IMG/VR virus record: IMGVR_UViG_3300032229_000930
Coordinates: 1 to 52,372 of that record
DNA: 52,372 nucleotides
Reading direction: 5' to 3' (one strand)
DNA from: a virus
Taxonomy: Duplodnaviria; Caudoviricetes
Shown piece by piece: positions 36,538 to 45,407 of this stretch (positions are counted from its first letter, which is position 1; each line of letters opens with the position of its first letter). Below the pieces are notes generated by a model, which searched no databases, was not told the origin of the DNA, and saw only the letters and a program-made list of their open reading frames with translations. Made by a program: the position numbers and the translations under genes.

Positions 36538-36559
36538 GTGTCCCTAAAAGTGTCCCTCC
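36538..36559 (+). repeat. Putative integrase arm-type sites GTGTCCCTAAAAGTGTCCCTCC (left arm)
   Basis: Exact 22-bp copy at 52053-52074 near attR. Confidence 0.8.
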
Positions 36560-36697
36560 TTGGTGGTTGTTGGGGACTGCTAGAACCAACTCCGGCACTA
36601 GGCGACGACTACTCGCATCTTGCTCCCGGTTGGGTGTCAGGGCATGGGAAATTCCGGTCACGCTGCTCTGCACAACCCGGAGGAAAACACCCCCACC

Positions 36698-37780
36698 ATG
36701 CAGGCACGATATCGGCTCTACCGCCGGTCCAACCGCTCCCACGGTACCTACTACGCCCAGGACAGCACCACCGGCGCTCGCGAAAGCCTTGGCACGAAGA
36801 ACAAGGCCGAGGCCCAAAAACTCCTCCAGGCCAAGAATGACGCGCAGATTCAGCCCGTCCTCAGCCGCGAGCTGGCCAAAGTCTACCTCCACACCCAGGA
36901 CCCCGACTTTGCCACCCGCACCTGGTTCGATGTGGCCCGCCTCATCGACAACTCCTATGACGGCAATACCAAGACCCGCTTCCAGAAGTTCCTGAAGAGC
37001 CAGCCCGTTCGTCGCCTGATGTCTAGGAGACTCATCGAGACCTCAGCCTCGGATTTCCTCAGCGTCTTCTCACACCCGCGAGCCGGGGTCTCCACCAACG
37101 TCCAGCTCCGCATCCTTCACAACCGGGCCCTCGACCTTGAGTGGATCCTCAAGCCCGTCCTCTCCCGGCGAGCTTGGCCCAAGATCCGCTACGCCTCCCG
37201 CCATGGCATCACCCGCGAGCAGCATGAGGCCGTCCTGCGGGTCACACCCAATAAAGAATACCGCATTTACTTCGAGCTCCTCTGGCACACCGGCGGCAGC
37301 CAGACCGACATCGCGAGCCTCACCGCCGAAAACATCGACTGGGGCACCCGCAGGCTCTACTACGAGCGACAGAAACTCCGTTCCAAGGGCATGGGGCACG
37401 CCTGCCTCGTCATCGGAAAGGCCCTCGAAGCCATCCTCCTCCAGCTCCCCAAGGAAGGTCCCCTCTTCCCCAACCTCGGCACCCTCAAGGAAAGCAAACG
37501 CAGCAACTATTTCTGGACCAAGCGGGTCAAGGCTGGCCTGCCCGACGGTATCGTCCTCCACTCTTACCGCTACGCCTGGGCAGAGCGTGCCCAGTCGGCA
37601 GGGATGCCCGAGCGCGAGGCCATGGCCCACCTCGGTCATGGGAGCAAAGCCGTCCACCGTGCCTACGCGAGGTCCGCCGACCGCGTCACCATGCCCCTTG
37701 AGTACTACGAGGAACAGGCCTCTAAGAAGTTCATCGACCTCAGCGCCGAACTAGCCAAGAAGCACCATGCTGTCGCTTGA
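36698..37780 (+). CDS. Tyrosine recombinase/integrase with atypical box I
   Basis: Arm-binding-like N-terminus (RESLGTKNKAEA), LWHTGGSQTDI, HSYR, LGH and HRAY. Confidence 0.88.
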   Translation: MQARYRLYRRSNRSHGTYYAQDSTTGARESLGTKNKAEAQKLLQAKNDAQIQPVLSRELAKVYLHTQDPDFATRTWFDVARLIDNSYDGNTKTRFQKFLKSQPVRRLMSRRLIETSASDFLSVFSHPRAGVSTNVQLRILHNRALDLEWILKPVLSRRAWPKIRYASRHGITREQHEAVLRVTPNKEYRIYFELLWHTGGSQTDIASLTAENIDWGTRRLYYERQKLRSKGMGHACLVIGKALEAILLQLPKEGPLFPNLGTLKESKRSNYFWTKRVKAGLPDGIVLHSYRYAWAERAQSAGMPEREAMAHLGHGSKAVHRAYARSADRVTMPLEYYEEQASKKFIDLSAELAKKHHAVA

Positions 37781-38475
37781 ACCATGCCCCGCATGCCGAG
37801 GATCAGTAGCCGGGCACCCGCTGGATTACACTCGCTCATGGGCTGGGCTTGCGACGTCATCGGGGGCTTGTTGGGTGCCCCGCTCCTGCCTGCCTCACCC
37901 ACCCCATCAGCTCACCATGCAGGAAGGCCATGGATGCCCCCTGAGAGCCCCTTGCCGATCGTTCGGAGGCCAAGGCCATCCTCCTCTTGGCAAGCGGCTC
38001 CTGGACCCTCCTCTCGACCCCGCATTTGGACACCTTGGGAACCATGCTTGGACCCTCAAAACCTCGGGATTTCCCCGCACTCCAAGTCATGCAGGATAGT
38101 GATTTCCCCCGGGGAGAAATCACAGCTTCGCCTTTGCTGTGCAAAGAACATGTTCCTGCGCGTGTCAGGCACGCTCCGGAATCCACCCGGCCTCATCATA
38201 AAAAAAACGATGCCTAGAACACAAAAACCCGGCACTTGCCGTATCGGCTTCAACGCCATTCTCCGGAGCCTTCAGTGACGCGATTTGGTCGAGAAATGAT
38301 GACACTTGAGAAGCCGGAGCGAACTCCTTGAGCACCTGTTTTGCCAGTCACATCCGATCAATAAATCGATCCGTATCCGAGCAGTCGCCTTGAGCAAAAG
38401 GTGAGCGATCTTATCGAGAAAACTGAAATAATAACGTGAGGATTTAGCGATTTTCAGCCTCTAAAGCTCTTCCTT

Positions 38476-38775
38476 TTAGGTGCGGATTCCTAGGCAATTT
38501 ATCTTTTCAGTGAGATTGCGCCAATCTGGAATATGCGCTCGAAGAAGGCTGTAAAATACCCGGCTATGATTGGGATGCTTCAAATGAAGAAGTTCGTGAA
38601 TGATGATGTAGTCTTGAAGGCGGTGCGGCAGTTCAAGCACATCCCGAGCAAAGCAAATTCTGCCCTTATCAGAGCAGGAGGCCCACTTACGTTTCATCTC
38701 CATGATGACTATCTGTTTCGGTGTGGTCCTGAGCTTTTGAGCCCATGCAGAGACGCGCTGTTTGAAATCATTCAT
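38476..38775 (-). CDS. M48/YgjP-like zinc metallopeptidase associated with type I R-M
   Basis: MKRKWASCS, YIIIHELLHL..NHS (HExxH); start uncertain. Confidence 0.85.
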   Translation of the reverse strand: MNDFKQRVSAWAQKLRTTPKQIVIMEMKRKWASCSDKGRICFARDVLELPHRLQDYIIIHELLHLKHPNHSRVFYSLLRAHIPDWRNLTEKINCLGIRT

Positions 38776-38794
38776 ACCCCTGAGGATCACTCTT

Positions 38795-40819
38795 TCAGGA
38801 CGGTCTAGCCGCCATGACTTTCTCGGCAAGATCGATCATCTGCTTTCCAGAAACAATTTTCAGGAGGACTTTGTAGACTTCTGCCTTTAGTTGCCTCATT
38901 TCATCTGGATTAGCTGCTGCATTTGGAAAGCGGTGGTAGGCATCTTCAATTTCTAAAGCCAATTCTTTGGATTGAGCGTCATCAAATCCTTCGCTTTTGA
39001 GTTCCCAATACACCGCGAAGGGTCCGGCATCTAAGCCGCTTTCTTTGCGTGCTTTTTCTGCGGCAAATCGTTCAGTGACTAAAGATTCAAGTTCCTTGAG
39101 GGCCTTCTCCGTTGTTGTCTGCCTCTCATCTAAAGCCTCCATCACTTTGGCAGCGCGTTCAGAAATTGAAATCAGATGGGGTTCCTGTCCTGCGCCATCT
39201 CCTGTCTTTTGAAGTGATCGAATAAGATTGATGACCTTACCCTCATCTGGCCCCTTCTTTTTGCGGAGAGCATTCAAAGCCTCTTCGTCAAATTCCACCG
39301 GTTTTGTGAGACGGTCTAATCCATGAGCGGCAGCATGGGTTTGAACCAGTTTTGCAGTTTTGTTGGCAAGATCTCCGATGAAGCTCGTCGACTTACCATA
39401 CGCCTCTTTCATCATCGCATAGATGTCAGCCAGAGCGTTGTAATTGCCTATGTCGTTAGATAGATCAGGATCAGGAGAGAGGATCTCGTAGAGGGTCTCA
39501 GTTTCTTTGAAAAGCTCCGTGAACTCCTCTCTGGCCTCTTTTGTAAAGAGTGTTTCATAAAGCAGTTTCTCCAACTGCTCATCCCTCGGCAGACCAGAGG
39601 TTGCACTCAGATACTTTTGAGCTGGCCCATCCATCAACGTACGGAAGCGTTGAAACAACATGTCCAAATCCTCAATAACTCCCGAGTAGTCCTCGGAATC
39701 AAATGAAAGGGCTTTTCTCAAGTCCTTGAGTATTCCGACAAAATCAATGATCAAACCACAGGGCTTTTCAACACCACGGGCATCTTCATAGGGACGGTTA
39801 ACACGAGCGACCGCTTGAAGGAGAACATGATCCCTCATCGGTTTATCGAGATACATGCAGTAGAGGATCGGCGCATCGTATCCCGTTAGGAGTTTATCCG
39901 TAACGATCAGAATCTTTGGTTGGCTGGAGGCCTTGGGAAATTCCTTTCGAACTGCCTTCTCTGCATCATCATCAAGTTGCTGTTTAGCGACAAGCGGGCG
40001 TTCCACCGCATCGTTTGAGTTCTTGGTATAAACGGCCTGCGAGAATTCTGTTGGTAAAAGCTGATCGAGGGCCTCCTTGTATTTAGCGCATGCTTCTCGG
40101 TCCACGGCCACGAGGAAGGCTTTGTAGCCCAAGGGCTCAACATTCTCGCGGAAGTGCCTTGCAACAAAGGCGGCCACTTTCTTGATTCGATCATCCGCTT
40201 TTAAAAAGGTCTTCAGATTGACAGCTCGATCCAAAGCACGATTGAGATCGTCGATATCTGAAACTCCCTCTGTTTCGGCAAGTGAGAGGAATTCCTTTTC
40301 AAGGAGAGCCTCCTCCAAGACTACATCACTCGGTGCTAGACTATGGCGCAGCTTCAGTGTCGTGCGATCCTTGATGGATTCAGAAATCGGATATTTGTCC
40401 AGATAACCATCTGGATCCTGCAACCCAAAGGTCTTGAACGTACCTTCACCACGTTCTGTTTTCGCAATAGGAGTACCTGTAAATCCAATGAAAGTTGCAT
40501 TGGGAAGGCCCCCCATTAGGTAATTCCCAAAGTCACCGCCTGTGGAGCGGTGCGCCTCGTCGATGAGCACAAAGACATCCGAGCGCAGATTAATTTTTGC
40601 GGGCATCCCATCGAACTTGTGAATCATGGAGATGATCAACCCCCTGAAATCCGCCTTCAGTAGCTCTTCGAGTTGAGCGCAGGTATCGGCACGGCGCACC
40701 TGAACGCCTGATTGACTCACCTCTCCAAGAATCCGCTCCACCCATCCGGAGAGCTGTCCTTCAAGTTCGTTTCTATCCACCACTAGGAGGACTGTAGGAG
40801 TAGCACTCTGGGTTTTCAT
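38795..40819 (-). CDS. hsdR: Type I restriction subunit R, C-terminal (helicase) part
   Basis: VVDRNEL, IDEAHR, GFTGTPI, LLTGYDAP, LLQAVARVNR. Confidence 0.9.
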   Translation of the reverse strand: MKTQSATPTVLLVVDRNELEGQLSGWVERILGEVSQSGVQVRRADTCAQLEELLKADFRGLIISMIHKFDGMPAKINLRSDVFVLIDEAHRSTGGDFGNYLMGGLPNATFIGFTGTPIAKTERGEGTFKTFGLQDPDGYLDKYPISESIKDRTTLKLRHSLAPSDVVLEEALLEKEFLSLAETEGVSDIDDLNRALDRAVNLKTFLKADDRIKKVAAFVARHFRENVEPLGYKAFLVAVDREACAKYKEALDQLLPTEFSQAVYTKNSNDAVERPLVAKQQLDDDAEKAVRKEFPKASSQPKILIVTDKLLTGYDAPILYCMYLDKPMRDHVLLQAVARVNRPYEDARGVEKPCGLIIDFVGILKDLRKALSFDSEDYSGVIEDLDMLFQRFRTLMDGPAQKYLSATSGLPRDEQLEKLLYETLFTKEAREEFTELFKETETLYEILSPDPDLSNDIGNYNALADIYAMMKEAYGKSTSFIGDLANKTAKLVQTHAAAHGLDRLTKPVEFDEEALNALRKKKGPDEGKVINLIRSLQKTGDGAGQEPHLISISERAAKVMEALDERQTTTEKALKELESLVTERFAAEKARKESGLDAGPFAVYWELKSEGFDDAQSKELALEIEDAYHRFPNAAANPDEMRQLKAEVYKVLLKIVSGKQMIDLAEKVMAARPS

Positions 40820-41859
40820 ACTTCCTCGGTTGATGGAGCTTTCCCCTCAAGCAAAAGACGGGCAGCAGTGATCATGGTAAAAGTTTTTCCCGAGCCCTGC
40901 GTGTGCCAGACAAGCCCCCTTGTTTTCTCTGGATCAAGACAGCGCTCGACGACCTTGGTGGCTGCACGGGTCTGGTGCTGTCTTAGCACTGTTTTCCTTA
41001 ACTCATCATCCTTCATGAAGAAGACAATCCATTCCTTTAGAAGCATCATGAATCTTCTGCGGTGAAAAAAAGACTTTACCTGCGTTCCATAGGAAGGAGG
41101 TGCTACAGGGCTCTCCGCAGCTAGAGGAAGTTCATCAAGCGGATTATCAGAGTGCAGAGCGCTTGTTGGTGGCGGAATATCTGCGTATCCCATTCCTTTC
41201 ATTTCAGTAAGCTGCTGCCTCCAGTTGAAGACACCTTTTCTTTCGTAGCTCCAGGTAACGCCGTAGAAATATTCAATCAGGTGAGTGATATTGAAAACTT
41301 GCGGTGAGGACATCATTTCCGGTGTCTCCACTTCGTAGCGACGCAGCTGGAGTAATGCTTTCTCCATCGCATTTTTCAGCTTTGGATTTTTGCACTCTAC
41401 CAGTGCCACAGGTATCCCATTGATCAGGAAAACGACATCGGGACGATTGCCTTTTTTCCAATGCTTCCTGAAGGCCCATTCCACTGTGACTTGGAAGACA
41501 TTCCTCCCCGGGTCCAGAGGGTGCTCAAAGTCTATCACTTTGACATTGAGAGAACGCTTTTCAGAAGGAACAAAAACTGTTTTCAAGCCCCTGATCCATT
41601 CTAGCAGATGACGGTTTCCTTCCATGGTAGGAGGAACTGCCTCTATGGAGGCGATCACCGAAGCCACATTGTCAGAGGTGACAACTCCAGGGTTCAACCG
41701 AAGGAGTGCAGCTTCCAGGTGTGGATAGAAGAAGAGTCCTTCTTCACCGCGCCGAAAGGCTAGGGCATCGGTTTCCGAGACAAAATCCCATCCGGCATCC
41801 ACCGCATGGCGCACGAGGGGAAACTGGACGGAAGAAGCTTCAAGGGCGAGGCTGCTCAT
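40816..41859 (-). CDS. hsdR: Type I restriction subunit R, N-terminal (nuclease plus Walker A) part
   Basis: RPDVVFLINGIPVALVECK, QLRRY, WHTQGSGKT. Confidence 0.9.
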   Translation of the reverse strand: MSSLALEASSVQFPLVRHAVDAGWDFVSETDALAFRRGEEGLFFYPHLEAALLRLNPGVVTSDNVASVIASIEAVPPTMEGNRHLLEWIRGLKTVFVPSEKRSLNVKVIDFEHPLDPGRNVFQVTVEWAFRKHWKKGNRPDVVFLINGIPVALVECKNPKLKNAMEKALLQLRRYEVETPEMMSSPQVFNITHLIEYFYGVTWSYERKGVFNWRQQLTEMKGMGYADIPPPTSALHSDNPLDELPLAAESPVAPPSYGTQVKSFFHRRRFMMLLKEWIVFFMKDDELRKTVLRQHQTRAATKVVERCLDPEKTRGLVWHTQGSGKTFTMITAARLLLEGKAPSTEEV

Positions 41860-41906
41860 GACATTTCATTGTTGACGCATTTTAACTTCTGGAGAAGGTT
41901 GTAGTT

Positions 41907-41974
41907 GGCTCGGCGTCCACCGAATCCTGACGTTATGCGTCAGGGGTTACTAGGTGACGCGGGGCCCCTTTTTT
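41907..41974 (+). ncRNA. Candidate DUF3800-associated structured RNA, antisense to the 3' end of the DUF3800 gene
   Basis: Outer stem 41907-41921/41953-41966, inner hairpin CCTGACG-TTATG-CGTCAGG, T6 run, TTGACG at 41872. Confidence 0.6.
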
Positions 41975-42801
41975 GTCTTCGTTGAGTCGTGGTGGACATC
42001 GGCAGGGACAAATGCCCAGTGCAGGTAGGGCTCCTGCCACTTGCCAGTAAGCCCCTCCCTCAGACCTGTGCTGATCCCGATATTCAATCTGGGACGGATG
42101 CGTTGGATATGTGTGTAGATGGCCTTGTAGAGCTTTTCCTTGGCGATGGTTCTCTTTCCCCTCCTGCGTTCACCGGGTAGCTTCTCCTTGTGCTTGTCAT
42201 TCAGTCGGAAGCTCATCGAGCCGAGGACAATATCAAGACATTGTGCCAGAACATGATCATGAGAGCGGATCTCCGCGATATCTTCCTCTCTGATCTTGAA
42301 ACCTGCATTGCGGATCCAGGGGTCATTCTGCAGGGCGAGAATAAAGCCCTTAAACTGAGAAGCTCCCTCACGTGTATGGGGGAGCTCATCGAAATGGATG
42401 CGTAGCCAACAAGGAGTGATGCCTCCCTCACGGTGCCTGAATCCGAAGGCATGTTTCAGAAACTGGTAGTAGAGTTTGAAATACCGTTCCTCAAATGAGC
42501 TGCCATCACCGCGACGTGTTTGAGCATTCTGTTGGAACATGATACGAACTCGAACACGCCTTGCCTCGATTTCTTCAAAGAAGGCTTCAATCAATGCCAG
42601 GTATTTATCCAAGTAGCGCTCGGTGACCTTGGACCACTTTACCTCTCCATAGAAATTGAGATCCACTTTCTTCTGCCTGAGCCGATCGGAGACGATATCG
42701 TAGTCGTTTGATCCGATTAGCACGCCTCCATAAAAGTTGGAGAAGAACTCCCCCTTTGCATCGGACTCATCGCAGAAGATGATGTATTCTTTGTGGTTCA
42801 T
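41950..42801 (-). CDS. DUF3800 family protein (RNase H-like fold)
   Basis: IFCDES, EVKWSKV, HFDE and S.DHVLAQCLDIVLG motifs. Confidence 0.85.
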   Translation of the reverse strand: MNHKEYIIFCDESDAKGEFFSNFYGGVLIGSNDYDIVSDRLRQKKVDLNFYGEVKWSKVTERYLDKYLALIEAFFEEIEARRVRVRIMFQQNAQTRRGDGSSFEERYFKLYYQFLKHAFGFRHREGGITPCWLRIHFDELPHTREGASQFKGFILALQNDPWIRNAGFKIREEDIAEIRSHDHVLAQCLDIVLGSMSFRLNDKHKEKLPGERRRGKRTIAKEKLYKAIYTHIQRIRPRLNIGISTGLREGLTGKWQEPYLHWAFVPADVHHDSTKTKKGPRVT

Positions 42802-42828
42802 GCTGGAGCGGCTTTCAGATGACAGAGT

Positions 42829-44229
42829 TTATGACCCCAGATTTACCATGCGGATGCCTTCGGCCTTACGAACAATATGCTCAACCGGTGATCCCCCCAG
42901 GCCAATTTCCTTCAAGAGAATAACCCAAGTCAAAGATTCCAAACACCATGAAAATCGCCCAATTTCCGCGCTGGTGAGCAACCTCTTTTCATCCACGTTT
43001 TCATGATGATGAGTGAGATGATTGCGGGTATAGGCTATTTTTGATGCAGCATTCTCTATATCCCCGATAAGGCGAGGGCTCTCTGCTTTATGTGCTGTAA
43101 AAATATCCAAAAGCTTCTGCTTTAGAGAGCGACTGTTGAGTGAAAGTTTTCCTTTAGCCCAAGGCCAGATCTCATTCGGCAGCACCGCTTCTGCTGCTGC
43201 AACCCGGCTTGCATGTTCATCCTTAGGTAGATCCTTCGATTCAAAGCAAGAGGAACGGGAATGGTAGATTTCAAGCGCCTGAACAAGGAAAAGGAATCGT
43301 GCCTCTAGATAGAGAGAGTGATGGAGGGCCACGGCACTAAACAAGGCGAGCATTGGTTCCAGCTCTGAGCAAACTCGATTCCATTGAACAACCAGTTGAT
43401 CCAACTTATCTTTAACGGTACTGAACGAAGCGATCATCTCATGCGGCAGAGGATCTCGGGATCGGTTTTGTTTGCGCTCCGACTTCCCACTCCGGAGCAG
43501 AAGTCCCTCGCATCCAAACATACTAGACCCCGGTTGATACGGATCTTCAGTGAAAACACGGACCTCAGTCGCATGAACGGAGGTGCCTATCAGCATACCA
43601 AAAAGCCGAATCACCCAGGGAACCCAGTGGCTGGATACCTCTGCCATTGATCGAGGCCCTTCAAAGTGAAAGCACACACTACTCCCATGACGAAATTGAT
43701 CTTCATCCCATGAAGTAGACCTCAAAACACTATCTGAAAATCGGATTTGAACGCCACTCTCTACAAAAAAGGGTAAATCTATCACTTCTACCTGAGAGTA
43801 AGTGGGTTGTTGGTTTTCTGATACACTTGGAATGAGTAAGTTGCGCCCAAACCAGCGGTTCAGTAATTCCAGATTGATTGATACAGCTCGTACAACCGGT
43901 TCGCTCCACGAGTTGATATGCAACCCTTTTACAGCAGCGAGCGCAAAAATCTCCCAATGTTCTAGACCCTGAGAAGAACCATGCTCAGATACACCACATC
44001 CAAAGAGAGTGACCGGACGATTCTCCTCATCTTGTCCATGTATGACCTCAGTAATCTTAAAAGAGTCCCCATTTGCAGATTGAAGTAGGATGTCTTCGAC
44101 TCCTTTTTCACATGGGGACCAAATCGAAAGCTTGGGAGAGCCGGCGCCGACATCCAGGGTTCCTGGAAGAGGTTGCCCCTCTGCTCCATGAATCCACCAT
44201 CGACCTCGAATGGAATCCTGACTTCTCAT
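42829..44229 (-). CDS. ApeA-like protein (ApeA N-terminal domain plus HEPN RNase)
   Basis: GRWW..GTL..IHG....VTL N-terminus; FLFLVQALEIYH; RNHLTH (RX4H). Confidence 0.8.
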   Translation of the reverse strand: MRSQDSIRGRWWIHGAEGQPLPGTLDVGAGSPKLSIWSPCEKGVEDILLQSANGDSFKITEVIHGQDEENRPVTLFGCGVSEHGSSQGLEHWEIFALAAVKGLHINSWSEPVVRAVSINLELLNRWFGRNLLIPSVSENQQPTYSQVEVIDLPFFVESGVQIRFSDSVLRSTSWDEDQFRHGSSVCFHFEGPRSMAEVSSHWVPWVIRLFGMLIGTSVHATEVRVFTEDPYQPGSSMFGCEGLLLRSGKSERKQNRSRDPLPHEMIASFSTVKDKLDQLVVQWNRVCSELEPMLALFSAVALHHSLYLEARFLFLVQALEIYHSRSSCFESKDLPKDEHASRVAAAEAVLPNEIWPWAKGKLSLNSRSLKQKLLDIFTAHKAESPRLIGDIENAASKIAYTRNHLTHHHENVDEKRLLTSAEIGRFSWCLESLTWVILLKEIGLGGSPVEHIVRKAEGIRMVNLGS

Positions 44230-45407
44230 GCCAATGTTTCCCTCAAAAAAGAATCAACCCGCCTCTTGCCGCTTATCAGATCGTGAAGCAGTGATTGAAA
44301 AAGTTCGCGGAGGAGCTTCTGACGCGCTTCGTGGTAAGAGAGCTTCGCGTCGATTGTTTGGAGGATAGAAGCGATTTCTTGCTGTTCATCCAGACAGGGT
44401 AGCAACACCGGAAACGCTTTGAGCTTGGTAGAATTAATGCAGGCTAAATTGGTTGTCTTGTGTGCAACCGATAGGAAATATGATTTTCCGTAAGGACTCT
44501 GGGCAAGGTAGGCAAAGTAACGAGGCAAAAGCTTCAACTGGTCAGTTCGAACGGCAAAAATATGGTTCTGGTGAACACATCGTTCAATCTGCCCCTCCCA
44601 TATAAAACCTCGGCCCAGCTTGTCGAAATCCCCCCCCTCCGTCAGAACCACATCGCCCTCTTGTAAAAGACTCGATTCTATATCCCTCCTAGAAGCTTTT
44701 ATGGTTTTAATTTCACGAAGGTCTAAGTGCCCATCTTGTACGTTTGCTACTCTCAAATAAGGCACTTCAACATCATCAACAGACTGTTTCCTCGTATTCT
44801 TGGCTATGCCTGTTTGTACAAATGCGCATTCGTTGAGGGCCATTTCTTCCCAGGAAACCGGTACTACTCCAAAACGAGTTTCTCGCGGGGCAGTACCATG
44901 AAGCCCCCTACTGAAAAGGTGGTGGAAGGCAGCTTTCTTCAGCTCCCGCGTAACCTTGATAATCTCGGATTCAACTTCAACAGCTTTCCAAGCATTTCTC
45001 AAAACATCTGCTATCTGATTCTGCTCTCCAATTTCTGGAATCCTAACTGGTACCGAATAGGCCGTTTCTCGGTTTAATCCCGGAACCACGGCATGACCAT
45101 TCATCTGCTCCAGTCCTAACGAGAGAAGCAAAAAGTGAAGAAAATCCCAATTATGATTGGCTTTGTTGACCACATAGTAGGTGGTATCAATCGGCCAATA
45201 CGATTTCTCGGTGAAGTTCACCGCGCCAACAGAACCTTTGCGTCCAATAATTATACCTGGTCCGTCTAGGAGGCTTTCATTGTGCCAACCTACAATTCCA
45301 TTGGACCCGTAGACTGGGACTTCACCAGAAGTACGTGCTGATTGGGGTAGACTCTTGCCGTAAGCAAGCTCAATTTCTTCACCCAGAATACTCTCTCTCC
45401 AGCTCAT
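44226..45407 (-). CDS. hsdS: Type I R-M specificity subunit
   Basis: Two TRDs separated by conserved EQNQIA / EQQEIA helical regions. Confidence 0.93.
   Translation of the reverse strand: MSWRESILGEEIELAYGKSLPQSARTSGEVPVYGSNGIVGWHNESLLDGPGIIIGRKGSVGAVNFTEKSYWPIDTTYYVVNKANHNWDFLHFLLLSLGLEQMNGHAVVPGLNRETAYSVPVRIPEIGEQNQIADVLRNAWKAVEVESEIIKVTRELKKAAFHHLFSRGLHGTAPRETRFGVVPVSWEEMALNECAFVQTGIAKNTRKQSVDDVEVPYLRVANVQDGHLDLREIKTIKASRRDIESSLLQEGDVVLTEGGDFDKLGRGFIWEGQIERCVHQNHIFAVRTDQLKLLPRYFAYLAQSPYGKSYFLSVAHKTTNLACINSTKLKAFPVLLPCLDEQQEIASILQTIDAKLSYHEARQKLLRELFQSLLHDLISGKRRVDSFLRETLA

Noticed and set aside
36620-37780. Integrase as the prophage's own integrase
   Set aside because: It lies outside the CCTGC-bounded phage, which has its own MuA/MuB; its putative arm repeats pair with attR
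37784-38470. ORFs or possible oriT downstream of integrase
   Set aside because: Pro/Ser-rich implausible translations in several frames; no relaxase or recognisable nic site
38476-38829. M48 peptidase as a CapP-like CBASS activator
   Set aside because: Motifs fit the YgjP-like family routinely found after hsdR, not IrrE/CapP
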